DNA of 64,000 bases from Acidobacteriota bacterium (GTDB lineage Bacteria > Acidobacteriota > UBA6911): NCBI GenBank assembly GCA_963664705.1, contig OY761556.1, positions 4,224,001 through 4,288,000 of the forward strand, given 5' to 3'. Each line of letters starts with the position of its first letter. Within the stretch, counting starts at the first letter, position 1. Position numbers and translations under genes: made by a program. Of this stretch, positions 50,931 to 61,707 are shown piece by piece. Under the pieces are notes generated by a model that was not told where the DNA came from, ran no database searches, and saw nothing but the letters and a program-made list of their open reading frames with translations.

Positions 50931-51731
50931 CTATCCGAATCTGCCCGAAATGTAGTCCGCGGTCTGTTTCTCTCTGGGCGTGGTAAAAAGATCCTCTGTC
51001 TTCTGCAATTCAATAAGCTTGCCGAACAAAAAAAACGCGGTTCTGTCAGAAGCTCGGGCTGCCTGCTTGACATTGTTGGTAACCAGAACAACCGTGAGGT
51101 CCTTTTTCAACTGTTGAAGCGCGTCTTCGATTCTCCGTGTCGAAATCGGATCCAGACCGGAACAGGGTTCATCCAGTAAAAGTACCGAGGGCTCCAAAGT
51201 TAATGTTCTTGCCAGGCAAAGCCGCTGTTGCTGGCCTCCAGACAAGTTGCCGGCCGGCTCATCGAGCCTGTCTTTAACTTCTTCCCAAAGATAGGCCTCA
51301 CGAAGAGCCTTCTCGACTCTTTCGTCCCGCCGGCTTCTCTCGTTCTGGCGCAAATTCAGACCGAATGTGAGATTCCGGTAAATTGTCATCGGCAAGGTCA
51401 CAGGGACCGAAAAAACCATACCAACCTTGCGTCGCAGCACAGCCACGGGAATAGTGCGATCATAAACCGATTGGCCATTCAGGAGAACTTCGCCGGAAAT
51501 CCGCCAGTCAGGATCCAAATCCAGCATCCGGTTAAGGCTGCGCAGAAATGTGGTTTTGCCGGCGCCTGCCGGACCAATAACAGACAGAATCTCGCCTCTG
51601 CGAGCATCCAGGGTGATGCCGCTGAGAATTTCGGCGGATCCATACTGCACACGCAGGTCCCGCGAACATATTCCCGAAAACAGCTGCGGGTCGGATTCGG
51701 GTTTGAGTGCCCGTTCAATGTTATCGTCCAT
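50931..51731 (-). CDS. pstB: Phosphate ABC ATPase with degenerate Q-loop and H-loop
   Basis: GPAGAGKT, GMVFSVP, LSGGQQQR, LLDEPCSGLDP, VTNN, YISGRFG. Confidence 0.85.
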   Translation of the reverse strand: MDDNIERALKPESDPQLFSGICSRDLRVQYGSAEILSGITLDARRGEILSVIGPAGAGKTTFLRSLNRMLDLDPDWRISGEVLLNGQSVYDRTIPVAVLRRKVGMVFSVPVTLPMTIYRNLTFGLNLRQNERSRRDERVEKALREAYLWEEVKDRLDEPAGNLSGGQQQRLCLARTLTLEPSVLLLDEPCSGLDPISTRRIEDALQQLKKDLTVVLVTNNVKQAARASDRTAFFLFGKLIELQKTEDLFTTPREKQTADYISGRFG

Positions 51732-52644
51732 CGCGAAGCTTCTTACGAATGCGAGCCCGTATCAGGATCGCGGTGAAGTTCAGCAGAAACGTGAGCATTA
51801 ACAGAACCAATACAGTCGAGTACAGAGCCGGCTTGGTCGCCTCAACATCAAACGCCTGCGTACTCATGACATATACGTGATATCCAAGTTCCATGAACTG
51901 ATGGTGCAGCTGCGTTGGAAGCTGGGGCAGTGAATAGGCAGCACCGGTAAACATGACCGGAGCGACCTCTCCCGAGCCGCGACTGACCGCAAGAATGCCA
52001 CCCGTCAATATCCCACCGGCAGCCTGCGGCAGAATAACGCGCGAAATCATCTGCCACCGTGTTGCACCCAATGAATAGGCAACCTCCCGGTAGCTCGCCG
52101 GTATCGCTCTCAGCGCTTCTTCGGTGGCGACGACCACTGTCGGAAGGGTAAGCAGCGCCATTGTCAGCGCCGACCAAAGGATTGCGGGCTGACCATATAC
52201 AAGTCTCCCTCCATACAAGCCCTTGTCCAGCCCACGTCCGACAAATTCGATGAAGAAACCAACGCCGAAGAGGCCAAAAACAATCGCAGGCACTCCCGCA
52301 AGATTTTGAATCGCAAGGCGCACCACGTGAACCAGCCGTGAACGCTTGGGAGCATATTCATGCATATAAACAGCGGTGGCAACGCCAAGCGGAATCACAG
52401 CAATCGTCATGAGAATAACCAGCGCCGCTGTCCCGAAAATTGCCGGGAAAATGCCTCCCTTTGTAAAATGCTCTCTCGGTGGTTCGGAGAGGAATTCCCA
52501 GGTGAGTTTCTGGGTACCATGCAAGACAATATTGCCGATGATTATCGCAACAATGACGATGATTATCAGGCAGGCAAAAGCTGTCAGGCCCTTCATTGCT
52601 CCGCCCGTAAGCCGGGTCCGTTCCAGCCAATTCGAACGAATCAT
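51721..52644 (-). CDS. pstA: Phosphate ABC permease PstA (copy 1)
   Basis: [29 protein letters not shown]; ATGA overlap with pstC. Confidence 0.9.
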   Translation of the reverse strand: MIRSNWLERTRLTGGAMKGLTAFACLIIIVIVAIIIGNIVLHGTQKLTWEFLSEPPREHFTKGGIFPAIFGTAALVILMTIAVIPLGVATAVYMHEYAPKRSRLVHVVRLAIQNLAGVPAIVFGLFGVGFFIEFVGRGLDKGLYGGRLVYGQPAILWSALTMALLTLPTVVVATEEALRAIPASYREVAYSLGATRWQMISRVILPQAAGGILTGGILAVSRGSGEVAPVMFTGAAYSLPQLPTQLHHQFMELGYHVYVMSTQAFDVEATKPALYSTVLVLLMLTFLLNFTAILIRARIRKKLRDGR

Positions 52645-53561
52645 GCCGCCCCCTGCAGTCTCTTCTGAAGTTTGCCCACCCACCAGCGGCCAATCAGGTT
52701 AATGACGAAGGTAATGACAAAGAGGAAGGCGCCGATGAAAAACAGAACATGATAATGAGGGCTCCCTTGCACCAGTTCGCCTAGTTCGGCGGCAATTGTC
52801 GCCGAAAAAGTGCGCATGGAGTCGACAGGAGACCATGAAATCACAGGTGCATTCCCGGACGCCATCAGCACGATCATTGTTTCTCCAATGGCTCGCCCGA
52901 ATCCAAGAACGCAGGCAGCCAGCACGCCGGGCATTGCCGCAGGAAGCACAACACGCGATGCGGTCTGCCACGAAGATGCACCCATTGCCACGGACCCTTC
53001 ACGGAAAGCCTGGGGTACGGACGAGAACGCATCTTCCGATACCGTGTACACAATAGGAATGACAGCAAGACTGAGCCCGATGCCAGCCGTCAGCGCATTC
53101 AGTCGAAACGTCCAGCCAAAGGCACCTTGAAGCCAACTAGCGATTACCATGAGACAGAAAAACCCGACAACAACACTGGGAATGCCCGCCAGGATTTCAA
53201 TGCATGGCTTGATGGTTTCTCGTGCCCAGGTAGGTGCAAATTCCGATGTGAACAGAGCGGCGGCGACCGCCAGTGGAATTGCAATCAGCACGGCAATGAC
53301 GGTTACCTTCAGCGTCCCGATGAAAAGAGGCAACAACGAATATTTTGGAGTTTCCGATATAGGTTGCCAGTCGAATTCAGCAGCCTTGCCCTGCGCCTGT
53401 TGAGGCAGGAAAAGCCTGGAAAGGCTAGCCTCTTTCTGAACCTCGTGCGAAGTCAGGACCGGCAGCGCCTCTTTGCCAATAAAGATAAATATCAGGATAA
53501 GCGAAAGGATCGCAATAAATGCGCTTCCCTTAATGGCCCACGAGGCCACCGTGTCGCTCAT
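52641..53561 (-). CDS. pstC: Phosphate ABC permease PstC (copy 1)
   Basis: EILAGIPSVVVG, GRAIGETMIVLMASGN. Start uncertain (ATG 53561 after GGAG). Confidence 0.88.
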   Translation of the reverse strand: MSDTVASWAIKGSAFIAILSLILIFIFIGKEALPVLTSHEVQKEASLSRLFLPQQAQGKAAEFDWQPISETPKYSLLPLFIGTLKVTVIAVLIAIPLAVAAALFTSEFAPTWARETIKPCIEILAGIPSVVVGFFCLMVIASWLQGAFGWTFRLNALTAGIGLSLAVIPIVYTVSEDAFSSVPQAFREGSVAMGASSWQTASRVVLPAAMPGVLAACVLGFGRAIGETMIVLMASGNAPVISWSPVDSMRTFSATIAAELGELVQGSPHYHVLFFIGAFLFVITFVINLIGRWWVGKLQKRLQGAA

Positions 53562-53593
53562 ATCTCCCGGTCGCCGCCAAATCGGAACGGATA

Positions 53594-54451
53594 CTACTTC
53601 TGCACGATAGGGTAATACCCCACTGATTCGCATAGCTTTTGTCCTTCAGCACCAAGTACCCAGTCGACAAAGGATTTCGTGTTTCCGGAAGGCTCGCCAA
53701 CTGTGTAGAAGTAGAGGTTTCTGGACAAAGGGTATTGCCCGCTCTTTACCGTAGCTAACGAGGGTGCAAACGGTTCACTGCCTGCATCTTTTCGGATCGG
53801 AACCACGCGTATACCCGAGGCGTACGCTATGCCACCGTAGCCAATGGATGCGGCATCTTTCGAAACGGCATTAACAATTGCACCGGTTCCCGGCAGCGTC
53901 TGGACCTCCCGGGCAAAATCCTCTTTGCCCAGAACATGCTCCTTGAAGAACTGATACGTACCCGAACTGTTTTCCCGGCCGTATACCACAATCCTGGTAT
54001 CCTTGCCGCCCAGCTCGCGCCAGTTTGTGATTTTTCCGGTATAGACATCTTTGATCTGAGCCTGCGTGAGCTCCTTGATTGGATTGGATTGGCTGACATA
54101 GATAGCCAGTCCGTCCAAAGCAACAGCGATTTCCTTGACCGGTTTCCCCTGCCGACTGCTGACCTGCTCCCGCTCAACGCCCTTCATGGGACGCGAAGCT
54201 TCGCAAATATCGGTTCCGCCATTGATCAATGCGGCAATCCCAACTCCGGAGCCCCCGCCGGTGACTTGAATCGTCAGACCAGGATGCTCTTTCATATAAT
54301 TCTCAGCCCAGCTTTGCGCAAGAATAACCATGGTATCCGAACCCTTTACCGTTACGGGCTTGAGATCAGCGCCGGAATCGGAACCACCACCGCAACCAGT
54401 AACCACCAGCATCAATGCCAAAAGGATACAAAGCACGATATACCTGTTCAA
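53594..54451 (-). CDS. pstS: Phosphate-binding lipoprotein PstS (copy 1)
   Basis: Lipobox VTGC; KGSDTM, GGGSGVG, ASR, GRENSSGT. TTG start after GGAGG. Confidence 0.9.
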   Translation of the reverse strand: MNRYIVLCILLALMLVVTGCGGGSDSGADLKPVTVKGSDTMVILAQSWAENYMKEHPGLTIQVTGGGSGVGIAALINGGTDICEASRPMKGVEREQVSSRQGKPVKEIAVALDGLAIYVSQSNPIKELTQAQIKDVYTGKITNWRELGGKDTRIVVYGRENSSGTYQFFKEHVLGKEDFAREVQTLPGTGAIVNAVSKDAASIGYGGIAYASGIRVVPIRKDAGSEPFAPSLATVKSGQYPLSRNLYFYTVGEPSGNTKSFVDWVLGAEGQKLCESVGYYPIVQK

Positions 54452-54487
54452 ATCACCACCTCCCGACAAAGATGATAGGCTTCTTAT

Positions 54488-54527
54488 GTAAAGATATGAC
54501 GAGGGTTGTATTAAGATTCGATTAAGA
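54488..54527 (-). promoter_or_regulatory. Candidate Pho box (11-bp-period direct repeats) before pstS copy 1
   Basis: Minus strand TCTTAAT-cgaa-TCTTAAT..TCTTTAC; a similar motif lies at 63323-63356. Confidence 0.55.
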
Positions 54528-54712
54528 ATGAATTTTCCGGATTCAATATTTGAAATTTCGGATTAATCTTGATTTGGAAATCCCTAAGCCGAGGAATATC
54601 TGCACGGTTTCCTGGCATGGCAGGCAAAGGGTAATAGTCCAGTATCGTGCAGTTGCGGCGGGCACAGGAACCGCGCAGCAACATCTCCGGCAACAAGAGG
54701 ATAATGAGAAAC

Positions 54713-56467
54713 ATGGCGTCGACTCCAAGGCCAAAAAACCGACTTTTCTGGAAAATCGGCTTTATTTGTCTATTGATGTTGCTTGTGGTTCTTTTTGTTT
54801 TGGACACATACGTCGTTCAGGCGCTGAAACGCGAGTATCTGGAGGCAGCGTTCTCCCAGTTGGAGTCACTTGCAAACCTGGCTCTCACTAAGCCTCCTGA
54901 ATTGGCTAACATTGCGGACTGGTCTCACTGGCTGTCCCGAAGCGGGGTACGAGTCACCATAGTAATGTCGGACGGGACTGTCATCGCTGATTCCAACGAG
55001 AATCCGGCGAAGATGGAAAATCACCGGGAACGGCCTGAGATACGGAATGCCTTTGAGAATGGCTCCGGGCGGGCCGTGCGTTACAGCGCAACTCTCAAAC
55101 ATGACCTGGTCTATTTTGCCCAGCGATTTGAAACCGCTTCATCCCAAATAGTCCTGCGCTTATCCATTCCCGTCTATCGTCTGAACGAAGGAGTCGCGGG
55201 TTTTCGACGGAGGCTCTGGAGTGTCTCGCTACTGCTATTAGCCCTGACCGGGGGCCTTTCGCTTCTTCTCTTTCGCCGGATTTCGAATCGCATCGGACGG
55301 CTGACCGATTTTTCCCGTCGAGTTGCAGAAGGCGATTTCCGACTGATGCCCATTGAAAAGAGCAATGACGAATTGGGAGACCTTTCCAAAAGCCTGAATC
55401 AATCTGCGCAGCAACTGGATCGAACCATCCTCAGTCTGACTGAAGAGCGAAACCAGTCTGCCGCCATTCTCGCAAGCATGGAAGAAGGCGTTGTGGTGAT
55501 TGGTACCGACCAGCGGGTAAGCTTCTGCAATAGAGCATTCCGCCAGGCGGCTGGCATTGCGGAATCAATGTGGGAGGGCCGGCCGGCCGTGGAATTGATC
55601 GCTCACTCGGATCTATTGTCCATTATTCGGAAGGCGCTGGAGAGCAAGTCCATCATGCATGGAGAAGTGGTTGTCGGGTCGATCCGAACCAGGAGTTTTG
55701 CCGTAACCTCGACTCCCATCCGTTCCGGCGCGCATATATCAGGCGCCGTCATGGTACTGCACGATATCAGCGAAATACGGAGGCTGGAGCGGGCCCGCCG
55801 GGATTTTGTCGCGAATGTCTCCCACGAATTCAAAACACCTCTGACTGCCATACAGGGTTTTTCCGAAACCCTACTGGAAGGAGCGCTTGAAGATGAAGCA
55901 AATCGACGGCGCTTTATAGAAATCATACACGATCATTCTTTGCGGTTGGGACGACTGACCAACGATCTGCTTCGGCTGGCACAAATGGAAGCCGGACAGC
56001 TCCGCCCGGAGCTCAAACCGGTTCGGGTAGAGGAAATCATCGAGGGATGCCTGGATACATCTCGTGTAAAAGCAGCACAAAAACAGCTGGGATTGGAAAT
56101 TCATTCCACGCAAGGACTGCCGGCTGTATCCGGAGATCTCGGCCTCCTGCAGGGTGTTTTGCAGGAACTACTGGATAACGCAATACGCTACTCGTTGCCG
56201 GATGGCATGATCACAATACAAACACTTCGACAGAACAATTCCGTCGTCATATCGATATCGGATACGGGAATAGGCATTCCCAAGGCCGATCAGGAAAGGA
56301 TATTTGAAAGATTCTACAGAACGGATCCGGCACGATCGCGAGAGTCGGGAGGAACGGGATTAGGTCTTTCAATTGCCAAGCACCTGATCGAGCTGCATGG
56401 TGGACGCATTCAGGTTGAAAGCGAGGTAGGTAAGGGCTCTACTTTTTCGATCTTCCTGCCGATCTAG
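54713..56467 (+). CDS. phoR: Phosphate regulon sensor kinase (HAMP-PAS-HisKA-HATPase)
   Basis: MENHRERPE, DFVANVSHEFKTPLT, IFERFYR, GGTGLGLSI. Confidence 0.88.
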   Translation: MASTPRPKNRLFWKIGFICLLMLLVVLFVLDTYVVQALKREYLEAAFSQLESLANLALTKPPELANIADWSHWLSRSGVRVTIVMSDGTVIADSNENPAKMENHRERPEIRNAFENGSGRAVRYSATLKHDLVYFAQRFETASSQIVLRLSIPVYRLNEGVAGFRRRLWSVSLLLLALTGGLSLLLFRRISNRIGRLTDFSRRVAEGDFRLMPIEKSNDELGDLSKSLNQSAQQLDRTILSLTEERNQSAAILASMEEGVVVIGTDQRVSFCNRAFRQAAGIAESMWEGRPAVELIAHSDLLSIIRKALESKSIMHGEVVVGSIRTRSFAVTSTPIRSGAHISGAVMVLHDISEIRRLERARRDFVANVSHEFKTPLTAIQGFSETLLEGALEDEANRRRFIEIIHDHSLRLGRLTNDLLRLAQMEAGQLRPELKPVRVEEIIEGCLDTSRVKAAQKQLGLEIHSTQGLPAVSGDLGLLQGVLQELLDNAIRYSLPDGMITIQTLRQNNSVVISISDTGIGIPKADQERIFERFYRTDPARSRESGGTGLGLSIAKHLIELHGGRIQVESEVGKGSTFSIFLPI

Positions 56468-56473
56468 CCTGGA

Positions 56474-57157
56474 TTATTCCTTGAAGCGGTAGCCAAAACC
56501 ACGAACTGTCTCGATGCACTCTCCACAGGAGCCCAGCTTTTTTCTCAATCCCGTGATGTGAACATCGATAGTGCGATCCACGACGGAAATTTCCCTGCCC
56601 AGCGCGCCATCAATCAACTCGGACCTGGAAAATACCTGCCCCGGATGATCCGCAAGAAAATGCAACAGCCGAAACTCAGACGCCGTCACAGGAATCGCCT
56701 TCCCATCACAACTTATTTCGCGCCGTGACAGATCAATCGCAAGTGCGCCGTGGCGGATTACCGGCAGAATCGAAGCCTGTCCGGCCGTACGACGCAACAC
56801 TGCCTTGACTCTCGCTGCCAGTTCGCGCGGACTGAACGGTTTGGTGACATAATCATCCGCTCCAAGTTCCAGGCCGACAATGCGGTCGGATTCCGCAGAC
56901 TTGGCCGTCAACATGATTATTGGAATTCCACCGGTTTTGGTGTCTGCGCGCAGCCGACGGCAAACCTCCAGGCCATCGATACCCGGCAGCATCAGATCCA
57001 CGATTACCAGGTCCGGAATATCCCGCTGAACCGCCGATACGCCGGATTCGCCATCGATGGCGCCTTTGATAAGATACCCCTCCTTCTCCAGGCTATATTT
57101 AACCAGTTCGATGATGTCCCGTTCATCGTCTATAACAAGTACCGTACCTTTCGGCAT
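56474..57157 (-). CDS. phoB: PhoB/OmpR-family response regulator
   Basis: DLMLPGIDG, MLTAK, GADDYVTKPFSP, RTIDVHI, ETVRGFGY; context inside the pst cluster. Confidence 0.85.
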   Translation of the reverse strand: MPKGTVLVIDDERDIIELVKYSLEKEGYLIKGAIDGESGVSAVQRDIPDLVIVDLMLPGIDGLEVCRRLRADTKTGGIPIIMLTAKSAESDRIVGLELGADDYVTKPFSPRELAARVKAVLRRTAGQASILPVIRHGALAIDLSRREISCDGKAIPVTASEFRLLHFLADHPGQVFSRSELIDGALGREISVVDRTIDVHITGLRKKLGSCGECIETVRGFGYRFKE

Positions 57158-57237
57158 ATAAGTCACTCCAATTCGCGCTCCAACTAATACCACAAATGGC
57201 CTTCACTGGATAGGAAATCAGAAGGAGGAATGATCCA

Positions 57238-57912
57238 TCAAAACGCCTTGATAGGAACCTGTTGGGCATGGTGCCTTACATCGATACCCTGCATAAAAAA
57301 AAGCACGTCTTCCGCAATGTTGGTGGCATGATCGGCCAGCCGCTCCAGCCCTCTTGCGACGAACAAATAATCGATACCCGGATGAATTCTGCTGGAATCT
57401 GCCTCCATATAGAGGACGATTTCGCTATACATTTCATCTCGCAGACGATCTACGGCGTCATCCGAGGTCAAAACCTCCTTCGCCAATTCGGTGTCTTTGC
57501 GCATAAAGGCATCAATACTGTTCCGAATCATATCTTCGGCCAGACGGGCCATATAGGGAATGTCAATTTTCGGAACAACGGCAGGCAAGTTCAACAACGA
57601 TACCGCGCGTTGAGCAATATTGACGGCGATATCACCCATCCTCTCCAGGTTATTGTTTATCTTCATCGACATCGTCACAAACCGCAGATCCACAGCTACC
57701 GGCTGCTGCAACGCCAACAGCCGGATTGCTGAATTGTCAATCAGGATCTCCAACTGGTTAATGCGGGATTCATTCTCAAATACCCTGTGAGCGGACGTCT
57801 CGTCGTGCTGAACGACTGCAATCACACTGCGGTGGATGGAGTCTTCCACCAAACCGGTCATCTCGAGCAGGTGCCCGTTCAGGGCTTCCAGTTCTTCAAA
57901 AAAGTGCTGCAA
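57238..57912 (-). CDS. phoU: PhoU (copy 2)
   Basis: LQQPVAVDLR..LERMGD..LERLADHATNIAEDV. Confidence 0.92.
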   Translation of the reverse strand: MQHFFEELEALNGHLLEMTGLVEDSIHRSVIAVVQHDETSAHRVFENESRINQLEILIDNSAIRLLALQQPVAVDLRFVTMSMKINNNLERMGDIAVNIAQRAVSLLNLPAVVPKIDIPYMARLAEDMIRNSIDAFMRKDTELAKEVLTSDDAVDRLRDEMYSEIVLYMEADSSRIHPGIDYLFVARGLERLADHATNIAEDVLFFMQGIDVRHHAQQVPIKAF

Positions 57913-57933
57913 TTTGATAGTCCTCCCCTATTA

Positions 57934-58779
57934 TTAGCCGAATCGTCCGGTGATATAATCTTCGGTCCGCTTATCTCTCGGGTTGGTGAAAATCAGGTCG
58001 GTAGGTCCGAACTCGACAAGTTCTCCCTGCAGGAAAAAGGCCGTGTAGTCGCTGACCCTGGCAGCCTGCTGCATGTTATGGGTCACGATCACAATGGTGT
58101 AGTCTTTCTTCAGCTTGAAGATCAGATCTTCGATCTTCGCAGTGGAAATCGGATCCAGGGCCGATGCCGGTTCATCCATCAGCAGGATCTGCGGACGCAC
58201 TGCCAAGGCACGTGCGATGCAGAGACGCTGCTGCTCCCCACCCGACATGCTCAGGGCACTCTTATGCAGACGCCCCTGGACCTCATCCCAAATGGCCGCC
58301 TGGCGCAGCGCCTCCTCTATCCGGGATTCCCTATCCGATGCGGATTTGGTCAGGTTGTTAATGCGCAGACCATAGGCAACATTCTCAAAGATCGTCTTGG
58401 GAAATGGATTCGGCTGCTGAAAGACCATCCCGATATTCCGACGCAAAGCCACAACATCAATATCCGAACCGATAATGTTCTGCCCATCTACCAGTATCTG
58501 ACCTTCCATCCGGACATTCGGAATTACATCATTCATTCGGTTTAACGAACGCAGAAATGTGGACTTTCCGCAGCCGGAAGGCCCGATAATGGATGTGACC
58601 TGCCGAGCATAAATATCCATGTTGATGCCGCGCAGAGCCTTCCGGGAGCCGTACCAGAAGTTAAAGTCCTTCACGGCAACGCGAACATCCCGAATCCCTG
58701 CATTCTCCGATCCGGAGAGACGGCTGGGCACCTCGGTACGAATGCCCTGAAATTGAGTGTTTGCAGCACTGGAAATCAT
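57934..58779 (-). CDS. pstB: Phosphate ABC ATPase (motifs essentially intact)
   Basis: [39 protein letters not shown]. Confidence 0.93.
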   Translation of the reverse strand: MISSAANTQFQGIRTEVPSRLSGSENAGIRDVRVAVKDFNFWYGSRKALRGINMDIYARQVTSIIGPSGCGKSTFLRSLNRMNDVIPNVRMEGQILVDGQNIIGSDIDVVALRRNIGMVFQQPNPFPKTIFENVAYGLRINNLTKSASDRESRIEEALRQAAIWDEVQGRLHKSALSMSGGEQQRLCIARALAVRPQILLMDEPASALDPISTAKIEDLIFKLKKDYTIVIVTHNMQQAARVSDYTAFFLQGELVEFGPTDLIFTNPRDKRTEDYITGRFG

Positions 58780-59687
58780 TAGAGGCTCCGATGGGCCACA
58801 CGCATGCGTGCCCGGATGGCAACAGCGACGGCATTCAGAAGGAATGTCAACGCCAACAGAACAAAAACGGTGGAATAGAGAATCGGCTTGGTCGCATCCA
58901 CGTCGGGGGACTGGGTGGACATGATGAATACGTGATATCCCAGGTTCATGAACTGGTCATTGAGCCGCGTGGGAATCTTCGGCAGGTAATAAGCCGCCCC
59001 GACGAATAGTATCGGCGCCACTTCCCCGGCTGCCCGGCTGATTGCCAGAATGGAGCCGGTAAGAACACCGGGCATGGCGTGCGGCAACACTACGCGGAAC
59101 ACAGCCTGGGATTTGGTGGAGCCCAATGCATAGCTGGCCTCTCGATAGCTCCGCGGGACCGATTGCAGCGCCTCTTCCACGCTGACAATGACAACCGGCA
59201 AGGTCAGGACAGCCATGGTCAGGGCGCCCCAGATAATCGCCGGCTGCCCAAATGCCATTTCGCCATGATTGAAAGCCCGGTCCATTCCTTTGCCCAGGAA
59301 TTGAACAAAAAAGCCCAAACCGTAAAGGCCGAATACAATGGAGGGCACACCGGCCAGGTTATTCACAGCCTGTCGCGAAATATGATAGAACCAGGATCGC
59401 CTGTTCGCATATTCGGAGAAGTAGATTGCAACGAAAACACCGGCCGGAGCTACGATGATGGTCATCAGAAAAACCAGAGCCGAGGTTCCGAAAATGGCCG
59501 GAAAAATACCGCCCCCGGTCATTCCATCTGAAGGCGCGGATGCAAGGAATTTCCAGGACAGCCTCTCCCAACCATTGTAGAAAATGATCCCAACCATAAC
59601 TGCAAGAATGGCAATAATGAAAACTCCGGCCAGCGCGGTCAGCCAGCGATTCACCCGATCGAACATAAGTCTCTGCTGATCGTTCAC
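58779..59687 (-). CDS. pstA: PstA (copy 2)
   Basis: [30 protein letters not shown]. Confidence 0.9.
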   Translation of the reverse strand: MNDQQRLMFDRVNRWLTALAGVFIIAILAVMVGIIFYNGWERLSWKFLASAPSDGMTGGGIFPAIFGTSALVFLMTIIVAPAGVFVAIYFSEYANRRSWFYHISRQAVNNLAGVPSIVFGLYGLGFFVQFLGKGMDRAFNHGEMAFGQPAIIWGALTMAVLTLPVVIVSVEEALQSVPRSYREASYALGSTKSQAVFRVVLPHAMPGVLTGSILAISRAAGEVAPILFVGAAYYLPKIPTRLNDQFMNLGYHVFIMSTQSPDVDATKPILYSTVFVLLALTFLLNAVAVAIRARMRVAHRSL

Positions 59688-60701
59688 TTAGGATTCTCCC
59701 AACAACCGAGTTTTAAGGTGGTTGATGACCCAGGCCCCCGCACTGTTCAGGACAAAGGTTATCAGGAACAACAAAAGACCCAGGAAAAACAGGACGCGGT
59801 AATGCGGGCTTCCGAAAACTACCTCAGCCAATTCCGCAGCAATGGTGGCAGGAAGTGTACGTGCCGAGTCCGTGAACAGCCATGAGGAGATTGCCGCATT
59901 ACCGGAAGCCATCAGTACAATCATGGTTTCACCGATGGCCCGGCCAAACCCAAGAACAATGCCGGCAAAGATGCCCGGCATGGCCGCAGGGATGACTACA
60001 CGGATTGTGGTTTCCGTTCGCGTTGCGCCCAGAGCCCACGAGGCTTCCCGAAGCTTGCGCGGGACGGCCGAGAGCGCATCTTCACAGACCGTATAGATAA
60101 TCGGGATTACCGCAAGGCTGAGCGCTATCCCTGCGGTAAAGGCATTCAGCCTGTAATCAAAATTAAAGAGGTCCTGAAACCAGGATGCCAGCACAATCAG
60201 GGCAAAGAATCCCAAAACTACAGACGGAAAGCCGGCAAGCAATTCAACAACGGGCTTGAAAACCTCGCGCGTCCATTTGCGCGCAAATTCGGCTGTATAG
60301 ACCGCAGCCGCGAGGGAAATGGGAACTGAGAAAAGCATCGCCACGAGCGTGACTTTCAAGGTTCCCTGGAGGAGGGGCATCAAGCTGTATTTCGGCTCCG
60401 TTGATACGGGATGCCATGAATACCGCAGGGGCGCCTCGGGAGTACCGTAGCTCTGCGGCATAAAGAGGCGCCCCCACCCCACTTCCTTGACCGATGCCGG
60501 CTCGTAAAAGAGCGGAATAGCTTCTTTGGCAATAAACACCAGGATAAGAAACATGATCGCGATGGAAAGCCAGGCACTCAGGCGAATAAAGCGCTCGATA
60601 GCCCAATCCCGCGCTTTCTGCATGCTGATTCCGCGTTTGCGAAGTTGCAGGACCGGCACAACGGTTTCAGAATTTACAGTATTCGTTTGCATTGTTCTCA
60701 T
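59688..60701 (-). CDS. pstC: PstC (copy 2)
   Basis: ELLAGFPSVVLG, GRAIGETMIVLMASGN. Confidence 0.9.
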   Translation of the reverse strand: MRTMQTNTVNSETVVPVLQLRKRGISMQKARDWAIERFIRLSAWLSIAIMFLILVFIAKEAIPLFYEPASVKEVGWGRLFMPQSYGTPEAPLRYSWHPVSTEPKYSLMPLLQGTLKVTLVAMLFSVPISLAAAVYTAEFARKWTREVFKPVVELLAGFPSVVLGFFALIVLASWFQDLFNFDYRLNAFTAGIALSLAVIPIIYTVCEDALSAVPRKLREASWALGATRTETTIRVVIPAAMPGIFAGIVLGFGRAIGETMIVLMASGNAAISSWLFTDSARTLPATIAAELAEVVFGSPHYRVLFFLGLLLFLITFVLNSAGAWVINHLKTRLLGES

Positions 60702-60741
60702 CGCTTTTCACGTTTCGAAGTCCTGCTCGATCGTATATCCG

Positions 60742-61659
60742 CTATTTTTTCCCTGCCGCCGGCTTTGCCTTGGCCGGAGTCGCAGCAGATGTCAGTTTGG
60801 CTATGACATCCGCAGGCAACGGATAGTAGCCGACTTCACTGATCACGGCCTGACCTTCACCGGTGAGCACCCAGTCAGCCAGCTTCCTGATCTGATCCTT
60901 GGGTTGACCTGCCATGTACCAATAGAGGAACCGGCTGATCGGATAAATATTCCTTTGCACGTTATCCAGGGTCGGTTCCACACCCGGTGTTGATGCGTTC
61001 TTCTTGACCTTCAAAGCTTTTACGCCCTTCAAATAGGCGATCCCGCCGTATCCGATGCCGCGGAAGTCTTTCGATACGGCATTGATGACCGCAGCCGTTC
61101 CCGGAAGTGTTTGTGTGGTGGGGTAGTAGTCTGCGTTTTCGAGCACATGCTCTTTGAAGTAGGAGTAGGTGCCGGAGCTGTTTTCTCGTCCGTACAGGAT
61201 GATGCGTTCATCCGCACCACCGACTTCCTTCCAGTTCTTCACGGCACCGGTGTAGATCTTCTTCAACTGTTCCAGCGTCAGTTCAGTCAAAGGATTTCTT
61301 TCATGCACATATACGGCGAGTCCATCCAGAGCAACCGGAAGCTCGAAGGCAGGAAGGCTGCGGTTCTTCATCAACTGCTCTTTCTCCGAATCCTTCATCG
61401 GGCGAGAGGCCTCGGCAATGTCGGTTGTTCCATTGATCAGAGCCGAAAGTCCTACGCCGGAACCGCCACCCGTGACCTGAATCGTCACCCCCGCATTCTT
61501 CTTCATGTAAGTCTCTGCCCAGCGCTGACCGAGCAAAACCATGGTGTCGGATCCTTTGACCGAGATATTGCGTCCCTGGGCCGAAGCCGGGATGGACGCT
61601 GCTGTGCCGAGGAGGATACAGAGTCCCAGCATAGCTAGAGTTGCAATCATTCTTTTCAT
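60742..61659 (-). CDS. pstS: PstS (copy 2)
   Basis: KGSDTM, GGGSGVG, GRENSSGTY; Sec-type signal ending ASA. Confidence 0.9.
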   Translation of the reverse strand: MKRMIATLAMLGLCILLGTAASIPASAQGRNISVKGSDTMVLLGQRWAETYMKKNAGVTIQVTGGGSGVGLSALINGTTDIAEASRPMKDSEKEQLMKNRSLPAFELPVALDGLAVYVHERNPLTELTLEQLKKIYTGAVKNWKEVGGADERIILYGRENSSGTYSYFKEHVLENADYYPTTQTLPGTAAVINAVSKDFRGIGYGGIAYLKGVKALKVKKNASTPGVEPTLDNVQRNIYPISRFLYWYMAGQPKDQIRKLADWVLTGEGQAVISEVGYYPLPADVIAKLTSAATPAKAKPAAGKK

Positions 61660-61707
61660 TTCTAATCTCCTATTCAGATGAGAGGCTGGTTTCATTCAGC
61701 TCGTTCC

